Assembly (NCBI GenBank): GCA_963677485.1
Contig: OY781964.1
Coordinates: forward strand, 2,336,001 to 2,400,000
DNA: 64,000 nt
Source: Armatimonadota bacterium
GTDB lineage: Bacteria > Armatimonadota > HRBIN16
Direction: 5' to 3'
The notes beneath the pieces were generated by a model. The model was given only the letters and a program-made list of their open reading frames with translations, had not been told where the DNA came from and did not search any database. The position numbers were made by a program, and so were the translations under genes. Of the stretch, positions 26,466 through 35,733 are shown in pieces (the first letter of the stretch is position 1; the number at the start of each line of letters is the position of its first letter).

Positions 26466-27890
26466 TGCCTATGTCCGGAGCGGTCTTGTTCCCGAAAGCA
26501 AACCAGAGGGGCTAACCGCCAGACCGGCGCGGTCTCGAGCCATCTGCAACCGCTAACCTGCGCACAGACCGCCCCGGACTTAGGCAATCTGGGCTTTAGC
26601 AGGTAAGAATAGCCACAGTCCGGGGCGATTTTCCCGTAACCGCGCCGGTCATGTAAGTGACTTGGCGTTATAAAGGTCATTCATCCTAACTGCGACGGGT
26701 TCCATCAGCCCGCTAAAGCAGGCCTCGTCACCCGTTGCTTATCATCTGGCGGTCCGCTGAAGCGGACGCGGGGATACTCCCTGCGCCGGCCGGAGCGTAG
26801 CGACGCCGGCCGCTAATGATCAGCCATGCGGTGAGGAAACCCCTTAGGGACGCCAGTCCCGTGGGGTGACCGAACCCGTGGCCAGTTGCCGACATCATTA
26901 GTTGCAGCCTGGGCTGCTGTGCATGCATGGGCGGGTGCTCGTTCCCGAAATCAAACCTGAGGGGCTATCCGCCAGACCGGCGCGGTCTCGAGCCATCTGC
27001 AACCGCTAGCCTACGCACAGACCGCCCCGGACATAGGCAACGCTTGGCGTTATAAAGGTCATTCATCCTGACTGCGACGGGTTCCATCAGCCCGCTAAAG
27101 CAGGCCTCGTCACCCGTCGCTTATTATCTGGCGGTCCGCTGAAGCGGACGCGGGGATACTCCCTGCGCCGGCCGGAGCGTAGCGACGCCGGCCGCTAATG
27201 ATCAGCCATGCGGTGAGGAAACCCCTTAGGGACGCCAGTCCCGTGGGGTGACTGAACCCGTGGCCAGTTGCTGACATCATTAGTCGCAGCCTGGGCTGTC
27301 GTGCATGCACGTTTTCGGTCTCGTTCCCGAAATCAAACCTAAGGGGCTAACCGCCAGACCGGGGCGGTCTCAAGCCATCCGCAACCGCTAGCCTGCGCAC
27401 AGACCGCCCCGGCCATAGGCAAATGAAGCTGTGGCAGGTAGCAGTCGCCACAGTCCGGGGTGGTTTTCCCCACACCGCGCCGGTCATGTAAGTCACTTGG
27501 CTTTATAAAGGTCATTCTGCCTAACTGCGACGGGTTCCATCAGCCCGCTAAAGCAGGCCTCGTCACCCAGGGCGATTCGCGAATCGCCCCTACCTGCGTC
27601 CGCTGAAGCGGACGCGGGGTACTCCCTGCGCCGACCGGAGCGTAGCGACGCCGGCCGCTAATGATCAGCCATGCGGTGAGGAAACCCCTTAGGGACGCCA
27701 GTCCCGTGGGGTGACCGAACCCGTGGCCAGTTGCCGACATCATGAGTTGCAGCCTGGGCTGCCGTGCATGCATGAGCGGGTGCTCGTTTCCGAAAACAAA
27801 CCTAAGGGGCTAACCGCCAGACCGGCGCGGTCTCAAGCCATCTGCAACCGCTAGCCTGCGCACAGACCGCCCGGACTTAGGCAACGCTTG
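26466..27890. repeat. Tandem array alternating family A MITEs with three copies of a ~265-nt structured element (family B: 26661-26927, 27043-27309, 27496-27772)
   Basis: Each B copy begins cttggc.ttataaaggtcattc and ends gcatgca; copies are nearly identical except one segment in copy 3. Confidence 0.92.
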
Positions 27891-27986
27891 GCGTGAAATG
27901 GGGCTGTCTTCCTGACCAGGAATGGACACCGCACGCGATGTCCCTACTTCGCCATATCCGAAAGGTCCACTCTGATAAACTTATAT

Positions 27987-29849
27987 GTGATGAAACTCAC
28001 AGATTTCGATGTTTTGGTGGTCGGGGCCGGGCACGCAGGCTGCGAAGCGGCACTGGCATCGCATCGGATGGGGCTGCACACCGCGGCTGTCACGCTGGAC
28101 ATCCACCGAATCGGCCATCTACCCTGTAATTGCAGCTTTGGTGGACCAGCCAAGGGCCAGTTGGTTCGGGAAATCGACGCGTTGGGCGGTCAGATGGCAC
28201 TCAATGCTGACATCTGCTGCACCCATGTGCGGCATGTGGGAACCAGCAAAGGGCCGGCCATCCAAACACTGCGCGTTCATGTGGAAACGGTGCTTTACCC
28301 GCAGCTCATGCGGCGCACGCTGGACGAAGCTGGTGTGACGGTTATGCAGGCTGAGGTGCTGACACTGACCTCTGAAGAGGCATACTGGCGGGTGGGGTTT
28401 GCCGATGGCAGCACAGCTCTGTGCGGTGCAGTCGTGGTGACCTCAGGCACTTTTCTGAACGGGGTCACACGCATCGGCGATCAGAGCTGGGAGGAAGGCC
28501 GAAGCGGAGAGCCTCCGGCCCGCGGGTTGTCAAACAGCCTCCGCCAGCTTGACCTCAATCTGGGCAGGTTCAAGACAGGCACCACCGCCCGCATCAACAA
28601 GCACAGCGTCGATTGGGACCAACTGACCGTCACCCCCTCAGAGCCTGACTGCCCGCCCTTCTCCAACGAGTTGGAAACCCGGCCCAATATTGAAAAACTA
28701 CTGCCGTGCTGGCTAACCCGCACCACTGAGCGTACGCACCAGATCATCCGAGATAACCTCACACGCTCCTCGCTGTATGGCGGTTTTATCACCGGTGTGG
28801 GTCCGCGCTATTGCCCCTCAATAGAGGACAAGATAGTGCGTTTCCCCGATAAGACTACCCACCCCATCTTTCTGGAGCAGGAGAGCTGGCAGCGCGATGA
28901 GTTATATGTTCAGGGCGCCAGCACCAGCCTGCCTGCCGATGTGCAGTTGTTGATGCTTCAAAGTATGCCAGGTTTGGCGAATGTGGAGATCATGAAACCC
29001 GGGTATGCGGTTGAGTATGACATGATCTACCCCGATCAGCTCACACCATACTTGCAGAGTAAGGCGCATCTTGGGCTGTTTTTCGCGGGTCAGGTGAACG
29101 GCACCTCCGGTTATGAGGAGGCCGCCGCACAAGGTATTGTGGCGGGTATCAATGCCGCACGCTACCTGCAGAAGGAATCACCGGTGGTCATCACACGCCA
29201 GCAGGCCTACATAGGGGTCTTGGTCGATGATCTGGTGACGAAGGGTGTGCAGGACCCGTACCGCATGTTGACCAGCAGGGCGGAATTCCGGCTAAGCCTC
29301 CGGCATGACAATGCGGACATGCGTTTGAGTGAGCTGGGGCATAAGATCGGTCTGCTGAGCGCTCATCGCACGGAAAAGTGGCAGCGTAAACTCCAGCAGG
29401 TGCAGCTCATAAAGCAGCTGCTGCAGGGCGTCTTCTTAAGCGGGCAAGACAACCCGAGGCTTCTGGAACTAGGCATCGCGCCGTTGCATGACCGCACTCC
29501 GTTTATGGAGCTTTTACGGCGGCCAGAGGTGGAGCTGTCAGAGCTTAGCGACTGGTGGCCTGATGGCTGCCCGACCGATGGCGAGGCGCTGGATGAGGTG
29601 CTGCTGAACAACCGGTACCATGGCTACATCAAAATGCAGCAGCGGCAGATGAAACAGCACATCAGGCATGAGCAGATGCCCATCGCCGAAGATTTCGACT
29701 ATCAAGCGATCCCAGCCCTCAGCTATGAGACCAGGGAAAAGCTCAGCCGAATCCGGCCGTTGAGTGTGGGTCAGGCCAGCCGCGTGCCGGGCATACGGCC
29801 TTCTGACATCGCCGTGCTGATGGTCTGGCTCAAACGGCAGTCGGGGTAG
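27987..29849 (+). CDS. mnmG: tRNA uridine-5-carboxymethylaminomethyl(34) synthesis enzyme MnmG (GidA)
   Basis: VVGAGHAGCEAA, GRFKTGT, GPRYCPSIEDK, GQVNGTSGYEEAAAQG, PYRMLTSRAEFRL. Confidence 0.98.
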   Translation: MMKLTDFDVLVVGAGHAGCEAALASHRMGLHTAAVTLDIHRIGHLPCNCSFGGPAKGQLVREIDALGGQMALNADICCTHVRHVGTSKGPAIQTLRVHVETVLYPQLMRRTLDEAGVTVMQAEVLTLTSEEAYWRVGFADGSTALCGAVVVTSGTFLNGVTRIGDQSWEEGRSGEPPARGLSNSLRQLDLNLGRFKTGTTARINKHSVDWDQLTVTPSEPDCPPFSNELETRPNIEKLLPCWLTRTTERTHQIIRDNLTRSSLYGGFITGVGPRYCPSIEDKIVRFPDKTTHPIFLEQESWQRDELYVQGASTSLPADVQLLMLQSMPGLANVEIMKPGYAVEYDMIYPDQLTPYLQSKAHLGLFFAGQVNGTSGYEEAAAQGIVAGINAARYLQKESPVVITRQQAYIGVLVDDLVTKGVQDPYRMLTSRAEFRLSLRHDNADMRLSELGHKIGLLSAHRTEKWQRKLQQVQLIKQLLQGVFLSGQDNPRLLELGIAPLHDRTPFMELLRRPEVELSELSDWWPDGCPTDGEALDEVLLNNRYHGYIKMQQRQMKQHIRHEQMPIAEDFDYQAIPALSYETREKLSRIRPLSVGQASRVPGIRPSDIAVLMVWLKRQSG

Positions 29850-29902
29850 GTATGTCTTACTCGTCTTGTAGGGGCCTTCTCGTCTTGTAGGGGCCTTTTT
29901 TT

Positions 29903-30946
29903 AACCGCGAATGAACGCGAATGAACGCGAATGGGAAGGTGCGAAGGGATGCGTTGCCGCTTGAGACCCGTTCGTTTGGCTGTGTCCGGGGCGGTCTGTC
30001 CGTAGGCTAGCGGTTACAGAAGGCAATAGACCGCGCCGGTCTGGCGGATAGCCTGAAGTCGCTTGTCCCACCTTGATTTTAGACCGGCGCGGTGTGGGAA
30101 AACCGCCCCGGACTTAGGCAATCAAGATCGGCACTAGGATGCGTGGACGCTCGAGTCCCGCACAATTGGCTATGTCCGGGGCGGTCTGTCCGTAGGCTAG
30201 CGGCTGCAGAAGGTAATAGACCGCGCCGGTCTGGCGGATAGCCTGAAGCCGCTTGTCCCACCTTGATTTTAGACCGGCGCGGTTAGGGAAAACCGCCCCG
30301 GACTTAGGCAATCAAGACCGGCGCGAGGATGCGTGGACGCCCGACACCCGCACGTTTGGCTGTGTCCGAGGCGGTCTGTCCGTAGGCTAGCGGCTACAGA
30401 AGGCAATAGACCGCGCCGGTCTGGCGGATAGTCTGAAACCGCTTGTCCCGCCTTGATTTTAGACCGGCGCGGTGAGGGAAAACCGCCCCGGACACAGGCA
30501 GTCAAGACCGGTGCGGTTGCGGAAAACCGCCCCGGACTTAGGCATTCAAGACCGGCGCGGTTAGGGAAAACCGCCCCGGACACAGGCAACTAAGACCGGC
30601 ACTAGGATGCGTTGCCGCTTGAGACCCGCTCGTTTGGCTGTGTCCGGGGCGGTCTGTCCGTAGGCTAGCGGTTACAGAAGGCAATAGACCGCGCCGGTCT
30701 GGCGGATAGCCTGAAACCGCTTGTCCCGCCTTGAATTTAGACCGGCGCGGTTAAGGAAAACTGCCCCGGACTTAGGCATTCAAGACCGGCGCGGTTAGGA
30801 GAAAACCGCCCCGGACTTAGGCATTCAAGACCGGCGCGGTTAGGGAAAACTGCCCCGGACAGTGGCAATCAAGACCGGCGCGGTTAGGGAAAACCGCCCC
30901 GGACACAGGCAACTAAGACCGGCGCGGTGGGGAAAACCGCCCCGGA
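29903..30946. repeat. Large family A cluster (four long units plus several short units) preceded by AACGCGAATG x3
   Basis: Repeated tttggctgtgtccggggcggtctgtccgtaggctagcgg...accgccccggac. Confidence 0.92.
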
Positions 30947-31149
30947 TGGTGGCGTTCCTGCCATCTGAAATCGCGGTGCTGATGGTGCGGCCCAAACGGC
31001 AATCGGGCGAGTTTTGCTCTGATTGCTGTGGTAAGTGCAAAAAAACGTATATATGGGTTGAAGTTCCAGTCCTGTGTGATGCATCATGAAAAAGAGTACG
31101 TGCTCCCCACGTCGGAAAACACGACTGTGTTAGATTGCGAGGCAGCCGA

Positions 31150-32622
31150 TTGGTCTTCAGCTCTCATATCTTTGTCTATTACTTCATGCCGATCGCGCTG
31201 GCTATCATCTATTCCCTGTACAAAGCTCCGCAAAGATGGCGTAACTTCGCACTGATCATCCTGGGTTATATCTTCTACGGCTGGGCCAACCCCAAGTTTA
31301 TTTTCCTCATGTTCGGCACCACATTTCTGGACTGGCTGCTCAGCCTGATCATCGCCACCGATAGCTGGCATCCCATCCGCGCCAGTCACAGCAACATCGT
31401 GCCGCTTCCCAAAGGTCCGCGTACGAAAACTCAGCGGACCGCGCTGGTGCTGTCGGTGGTCTCCAACCTCACCATGCTGGGCTTCTTCAAATATTTTAAC
31501 TTCGGCGTAGACAGCTATAACTCGTTGATGCAGACCCTGGGGCTCAGCCAGTATGTGGCCCATGACTTTTTGCGCGTGGTACTGCCGCTGGGCATCAGCT
31601 TCTATACTTTTCAGTCTCTGAGCTATATTATCGACGTCTACCGCGGTGATGCGAAAGCGATGCGCAACTTCACCGACTTTAGCTGCTTCGTGTCGATGTT
31701 CCCGCACCTGGTGGCCGGGCCTATCCTGAAGTTCAGCTATCTGGCTGACCAGTTAGAGCACCGCACCCTCACCCTGGATAAGTTTGCCCGAGGCAGTGCC
31801 TTCTTCTGCCTGGGAATGGCAAAAAAAATCCTTCTGGCGAACCCCTGCGGAAAAGTGGCCGATACGGTGTTCAACGCCGGGCATATCAGCACGCTGGATT
31901 CCTGGGTGGGCGTGTTTGGCTACTCGTTCCAGATTTACTTTGACTTCAGCGGTTACAGCGACATGGCGATTGGCTTAGGGCTGATGCTGGGGTTTGTGTT
32001 CGCCCGAAACTTCGATAACCCGTATCGCTCGCAAAGCATCTCCGAATTCTGGCGGCGATGGCACATCTCGCTCAGCACATGGCTCAGGGAGTATCTATAT
32101 ATCCCGTTGGGCGGCAACCGCAAGGGCAAAGTTCGCACCTATGTGAATTTGATGCTGACCATGCTTCTGGGCGGTTTATGGCATGGGGCCAGTTGGAACT
32201 ATGTCATCTGGGGTGCGATCCACGGTGGTATGCTTGCCTTTGAGCGCAGCCTGGGCAAGAAGGGCCCCTATATGGGTCTGCCGGTATTTCTGCGGGTGGG
32301 CATCACATACATCGTGGTGCTCATCACCTGGGTGTTTTTCCGCTCTGCCGATTTGGGGGCATCGGCTCACTATGTGGGCACGATGTTCGGGTTTGGCAGT
32401 CAGGCGCCCAGTGTCAGCCTGCTTAGCGGGCTGCTGTTCAAGCCCTACTACATCATCTGCATGTTGATATCGGCTGTGGTGGTGTGGAAGTTGCCCGACA
32501 CCTGGGACTTTACGCAGAAGCTCACCTGGCCCAAAGCTGTGGTCTGTGTGCTGCTGCTCTGGCTGGCACTGGGCGTTCTGGCCACACAAGAATACAACCC
32601 GTTCATCTACTTCATATTCTAA
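31150..32622 (+). CDS. MBOAT O-acetyltransferase (AlgI/PatA family)
   Basis: VFSS, PLGISFYTFQ, FPHLVAGPI, QIYFDFSGYSDMAIG, FWRRWHISLS, GLWHGA; probable TTG start at 31150. Confidence 0.95.
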   Translation: MVFSSHIFVYYFMPIALAIIYSLYKAPQRWRNFALIILGYIFYGWANPKFIFLMFGTTFLDWLLSLIIATDSWHPIRASHSNIVPLPKGPRTKTQRTALVLSVVSNLTMLGFFKYFNFGVDSYNSLMQTLGLSQYVAHDFLRVVLPLGISFYTFQSLSYIIDVYRGDAKAMRNFTDFSCFVSMFPHLVAGPILKFSYLADQLEHRTLTLDKFARGSAFFCLGMAKKILLANPCGKVADTVFNAGHISTLDSWVGVFGYSFQIYFDFSGYSDMAIGLGLMLGFVFARNFDNPYRSQSISEFWRRWHISLSTWLREYLYIPLGGNRKGKVRTYVNLMLTMLLGGLWHGASWNYVIWGAIHGGMLAFERSLGKKGPYMGLPVFLRVGITYIVVLITWVFFRSADLGASAHYVGTMFGFGSQAPSVSLLSGLLFKPYYIICMLISAVVVWKLPDTWDFTQKLTWPKAVVCVLLLWLALGVLATQEYNPFIYFIF

Positions 32623-32642
32623 ACGGCGAAGGAGGCTAACCA

Positions 32643-34058
32643 ATGACTGATAAACAACCGTATGTGCCCCTTTACGAGCCGAACAGCCGTGAAGAAGAGG
32701 CCGAACTGAGCCTTAAATACACCAAGTTCTCCAAGGGTGTGCAGATATTCTTCGTCGTGATTCTGCTGCTGACCATCTTATCCGAAAGCGGCGTGCAGAT
32801 GGTTGCTGACATCACGGCCTCGCGTGCCTACCAGGACGACAGTACGAAGGTTCCCGAGCGCAAGCTGTTCCGATGGGTGGAGTTCTGGCAGCTTGGTCCC
32901 AGGACCGAGCAGATCAAGTCGGCTAAAGGCTTCTGGGATTACTGGGGGCTGCTGCCGCAGGTCAGCAAAATCAAGGAATACGAAACAGGGCTTGAGGACG
33001 ACTCGATCATAGGGGAGGCCTTGCGTCCCAAGGCGCAGCAGTTCCTGACCAATGTGCTTGGAGCCGGTAACGAGCAGGTGTTTGTGGGCCGAGACGGATG
33101 GCTTTACTACCGTCCTGAGGTGGAATATCTGACTGGCCGCGGCTTTTTGACGCCCGCGGAGCAGATGAAGCGCCTTCGCAGCGGAACCGAAGCTGTGCAG
33201 CCGGACCCCATTAAGGCGATTCTTCAGTTCGACAGATACCTCAGAGCTCGGGGCATCGTCATGGTGGTGATGCCAGTGGCCTGCAAGCCGATGACCATGA
33301 GCGAAATGCTGTCCTGGCCTGCCAATGTGCAGCAGCAGCCGTTGCAGAACGACAGTTATGCTCAGTTTGTGCAGAAGCTGACCGATGCAGGTGTGCTTGT
33401 GATGGACACCACACGGCTGTTTTGGGATGTGAAGACGGGCGCCGCGCCACAGCCAACGCATCTCCGCACCGACACGCACTGGACACCCCAGACCATGCAG
33501 TCCACCGCCAGCGTGCTGGCGGCATATATCAAAATGAATAACTTGCTTGGTAAATACCCACCGGTGGCGTACCGCACCAAACCGTTGAAGGTGAAGGGTG
33601 AAGGTGACATCGCTGTGATGTTGAAACTGGCAGACGGCGACAAGAGCTTCCCCAAACAAGAGGTGGAGTTGTCACAGGTATTGAATCCCGACGGCTCACT
33701 TTGGTTTCCTGACCGTGCGGCGCCGATTCTGCTGATGGGCGACAGCTACAGCAATATCTACTCATTGGGCACCATGGGCTGGGGTGAAAGTGCCGGTTTT
33801 GGAGAGCATCTTAGCGAACGGCTGAGCTGCCCGGTGGATATGATCGCGGTGAATGCGGGCGGGTCGTATGCCTCGCGTCAGCAGCTCATGAAAGAGATGT
33901 CCAGGGGTGATGACCGTCTGGCAGGCAAGCGGGTGGTGGTTTATGAGTTCGCCATGCGTGACTTGAGTTCGGGTGATTGGAAGCTGTTCAACCTGCCAAA
34001 ACCGAAAAACGCGCCAAAACCTCCGGTGCCGGTGCAAACAAACCCAGGTCCGCAGTAG
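32643..34058 (+). CDS. AlgJ/AlgX-family SGNH-like O-acetyltransferase, membrane-anchored
   Basis: VGRDGWLYY, RTDTHWT (D-x-H), LLMGDSY; downstream of the MBOAT gene. Confidence 0.9.
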   Translation: MTDKQPYVPLYEPNSREEEAELSLKYTKFSKGVQIFFVVILLLTILSESGVQMVADITASRAYQDDSTKVPERKLFRWVEFWQLGPRTEQIKSAKGFWDYWGLLPQVSKIKEYETGLEDDSIIGEALRPKAQQFLTNVLGAGNEQVFVGRDGWLYYRPEVEYLTGRGFLTPAEQMKRLRSGTEAVQPDPIKAILQFDRYLRARGIVMVVMPVACKPMTMSEMLSWPANVQQQPLQNDSYAQFVQKLTDAGVLVMDTTRLFWDVKTGAAPQPTHLRTDTHWTPQTMQSTASVLAAYIKMNNLLGKYPPVAYRTKPLKVKGEGDIAVMLKLADGDKSFPKQEVELSQVLNPDGSLWFPDRAAPILLMGDSYSNIYSLGTMGWGESAGFGEHLSERLSCPVDMIAVNAGGSYASRQQLMKEMSRGDDRLAGKRVVVYEFAMRDLSSGDWKLFNLPKPKNAPKPPVPVQTNPGPQ

Positions 34059-34087
34059 TCCAATTTTATACACAAGCCGCCATTAGT

Positions 34088-34426
34088 GGGAGGAGACAGG
34101 AGTTTATCCCGAGGAGTCAGGAGTTAGGAGAGTAGGAGTCAGGAGCCCTGGGAACGCCAATCTCCTGATTGGCTACTCGTGGGGAGGTCTCACGCGAAGA
34201 CGCGATGGGAAGACGGTTGGCGATTTGACCGGGGCGGTCTGTGCGCGGGCTATTGGTTACAGAAGGCTCAAGACCGCGCCGGTCTGGCGGTTAGCCCCTG
34301 GGAACGCCAATCACCCGATTGGCCTCCTGTCGGTAGGTCTCACGCGAAGATCGCGAAGGGAAGGCGGATAGCCTGAGGGGCAATCAAGACCGGCGCGGTA
34401 AGGAAAACCGCCCGGACTGTGGCAAC
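34088..34426. repeat. Mosaic cluster: heptamers, two CCTGGGAACGCCAATC REPs, CTCACGCGAAGA repeats, split family A element
   Basis: Same modules as in 22383-23115. Confidence 0.85.
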
Positions 34427-34469
34427 CATGTCATGTTCACACCCGGATGACCGATCAAGGAGATATATC

Positions 34470-35486
34470 ATGAATTGGAAATATCCCGTTGCATTCATAG
34501 CCCTGCTTTCATGCGCCGTTGGCTCGCAGGCTCAGGTGACCCCAGCGCAGGCCAATGAACTGCTGAAGGCGAAGCTGAACAACACCAATGTGGTTCCAGG
34601 GAGTGACGGCTGGCTGTTCTTTACTCCAGAGTTGCAATATCTCACCGCAGGCACATTCTGGGGAGCGCAGGCCGCGTCAGTCAGCAAGGCCACGAACAAG
34701 GCGGATGCGGATCCACTTCCGGCCATACTGGACTTCAAAGCACAACTAGCCAAAGCGGGCATCGACCTACTGATGGTGCCCGTGCCAGCCAAAGCGCAGA
34801 TTTATCCCGAGATGCTGGATGCCCGCCTGAAGGGTGCTGTACTGGATGAGACCCAGAAGAGCTTCTACAGCCTGTTGGCGAAGAATGGTGTGAAAGTGCT
34901 GGACCTGGCACCGGTGTTCCGCACCGGTAAAACCACCACTTCTGCGCCGTTATACTGCAAGCAGGACACTCACTGGAGCAGTGCGGCATGCCAGATCGCT
35001 GCCCGGCAGATCGCCCAGCTAGTGGTGAAGGCTCCCTGGTTCAAGGCTGTGCCCAAACGGCAGTATGTACAGAACAATAAAAACATCACCATCACCGGTG
35101 ACCTGTGGGGCATGCTGAACGACAAGACCGTAGCCAAAGAGACGCTGTCGGTGAACATCATACAGGAGAAGAACGCCCAGGGTCTGGCCCCAGTGGGGTC
35201 ATGGCGTGAGAGCCCAGTGGTCTTACTGGGTGACAGCCATAACCTGGTGTTCAGCACCGGCGGGGATATGCTGGTGTCTGGCGCGGGTCTGCCCGATCAA
35301 CTAGCCGGAGCTCTTGGTATGCCAGTTGATGTGGTGGCGGTTCGCGGCAGTGGGGCCACTCCGGCGCGTGTGGTTCTACTGCGCCGCGGAGATAATCTGG
35401 CGGGCAAGAAGCAGGTCATCTGGTGCTTCACCGTGCGCGAGTTCACCGAAGGTCAGGGCTGGAAGAAGGTCCCGGTCATCAAGTAG
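34470..35486 (+). CDS. Second AlgX/AlgJ-family O-acetyltransferase, secreted
   Basis: AAGGAG RBS, signal peptide, GSDGWLFF, PVPAK, KQDTHWS, LLGDSH. Confidence 0.9.
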   Translation: MNWKYPVAFIALLSCAVGSQAQVTPAQANELLKAKLNNTNVVPGSDGWLFFTPELQYLTAGTFWGAQAASVSKATNKADADPLPAILDFKAQLAKAGIDLLMVPVPAKAQIYPEMLDARLKGAVLDETQKSFYSLLAKNGVKVLDLAPVFRTGKTTTSAPLYCKQDTHWSSAACQIAARQIAQLVVKAPWFKAVPKRQYVQNNKNITITGDLWGMLNDKTVAKETLSVNIIQEKNAQGLAPVGSWRESPVVLLGDSHNLVFSTGGDMLVSGAGLPDQLAGALGMPVDVVAVRGSGATPARVVLLRRGDNLAGKKQVIWCFTVREFTEGQGWKKVPVIK

Positions 35487-35543
35487 CCTGCGGGGACAGG
35501 ATCAACTATGCGAAGAGCCGGTCGTCTCACCACCTGCAAGCGT

Positions 35544-35682
35544 TGCCTATGTCCGGGGCGGTCTGTGCGTGGGCTAGCGGTTGCAGATGGCTCGAGACCG
35601 CGCCGGTCTGGCGGTTAGTCCCTCAGGTTTGTTTTCGGGAACAAGACCGGCGCGGTTAGGGAAAACCGCCCCGGACTGTGGC
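35544..35682. repeat. Single family A MITE with terminal inverted repeats
   Basis: gcctatgtccggggcggt ... accgccccggactgtggc. Confidence 0.88.
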
Positions 35683-35733
35683 CACCAAGTTATTCAGAAG
35701 AGAAAACCGCCCTCAACCCAGCCTAATTGTTGT

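Noticed and set aside
26728-27773. Three similar 66-77-aa ORFs (MHARQPRL...) as a peptide gene family
   Set aside because: They are translations of family B; no RBS, and the frame is not kept in diverged copies.
29978-30946. CRISPR array (also 4394-4550 and 22900-23112)
   Set aside because: Units abut or are separated by related, non-unique sequence, vary in length and recur dispersed in both orientations; no cas genes.
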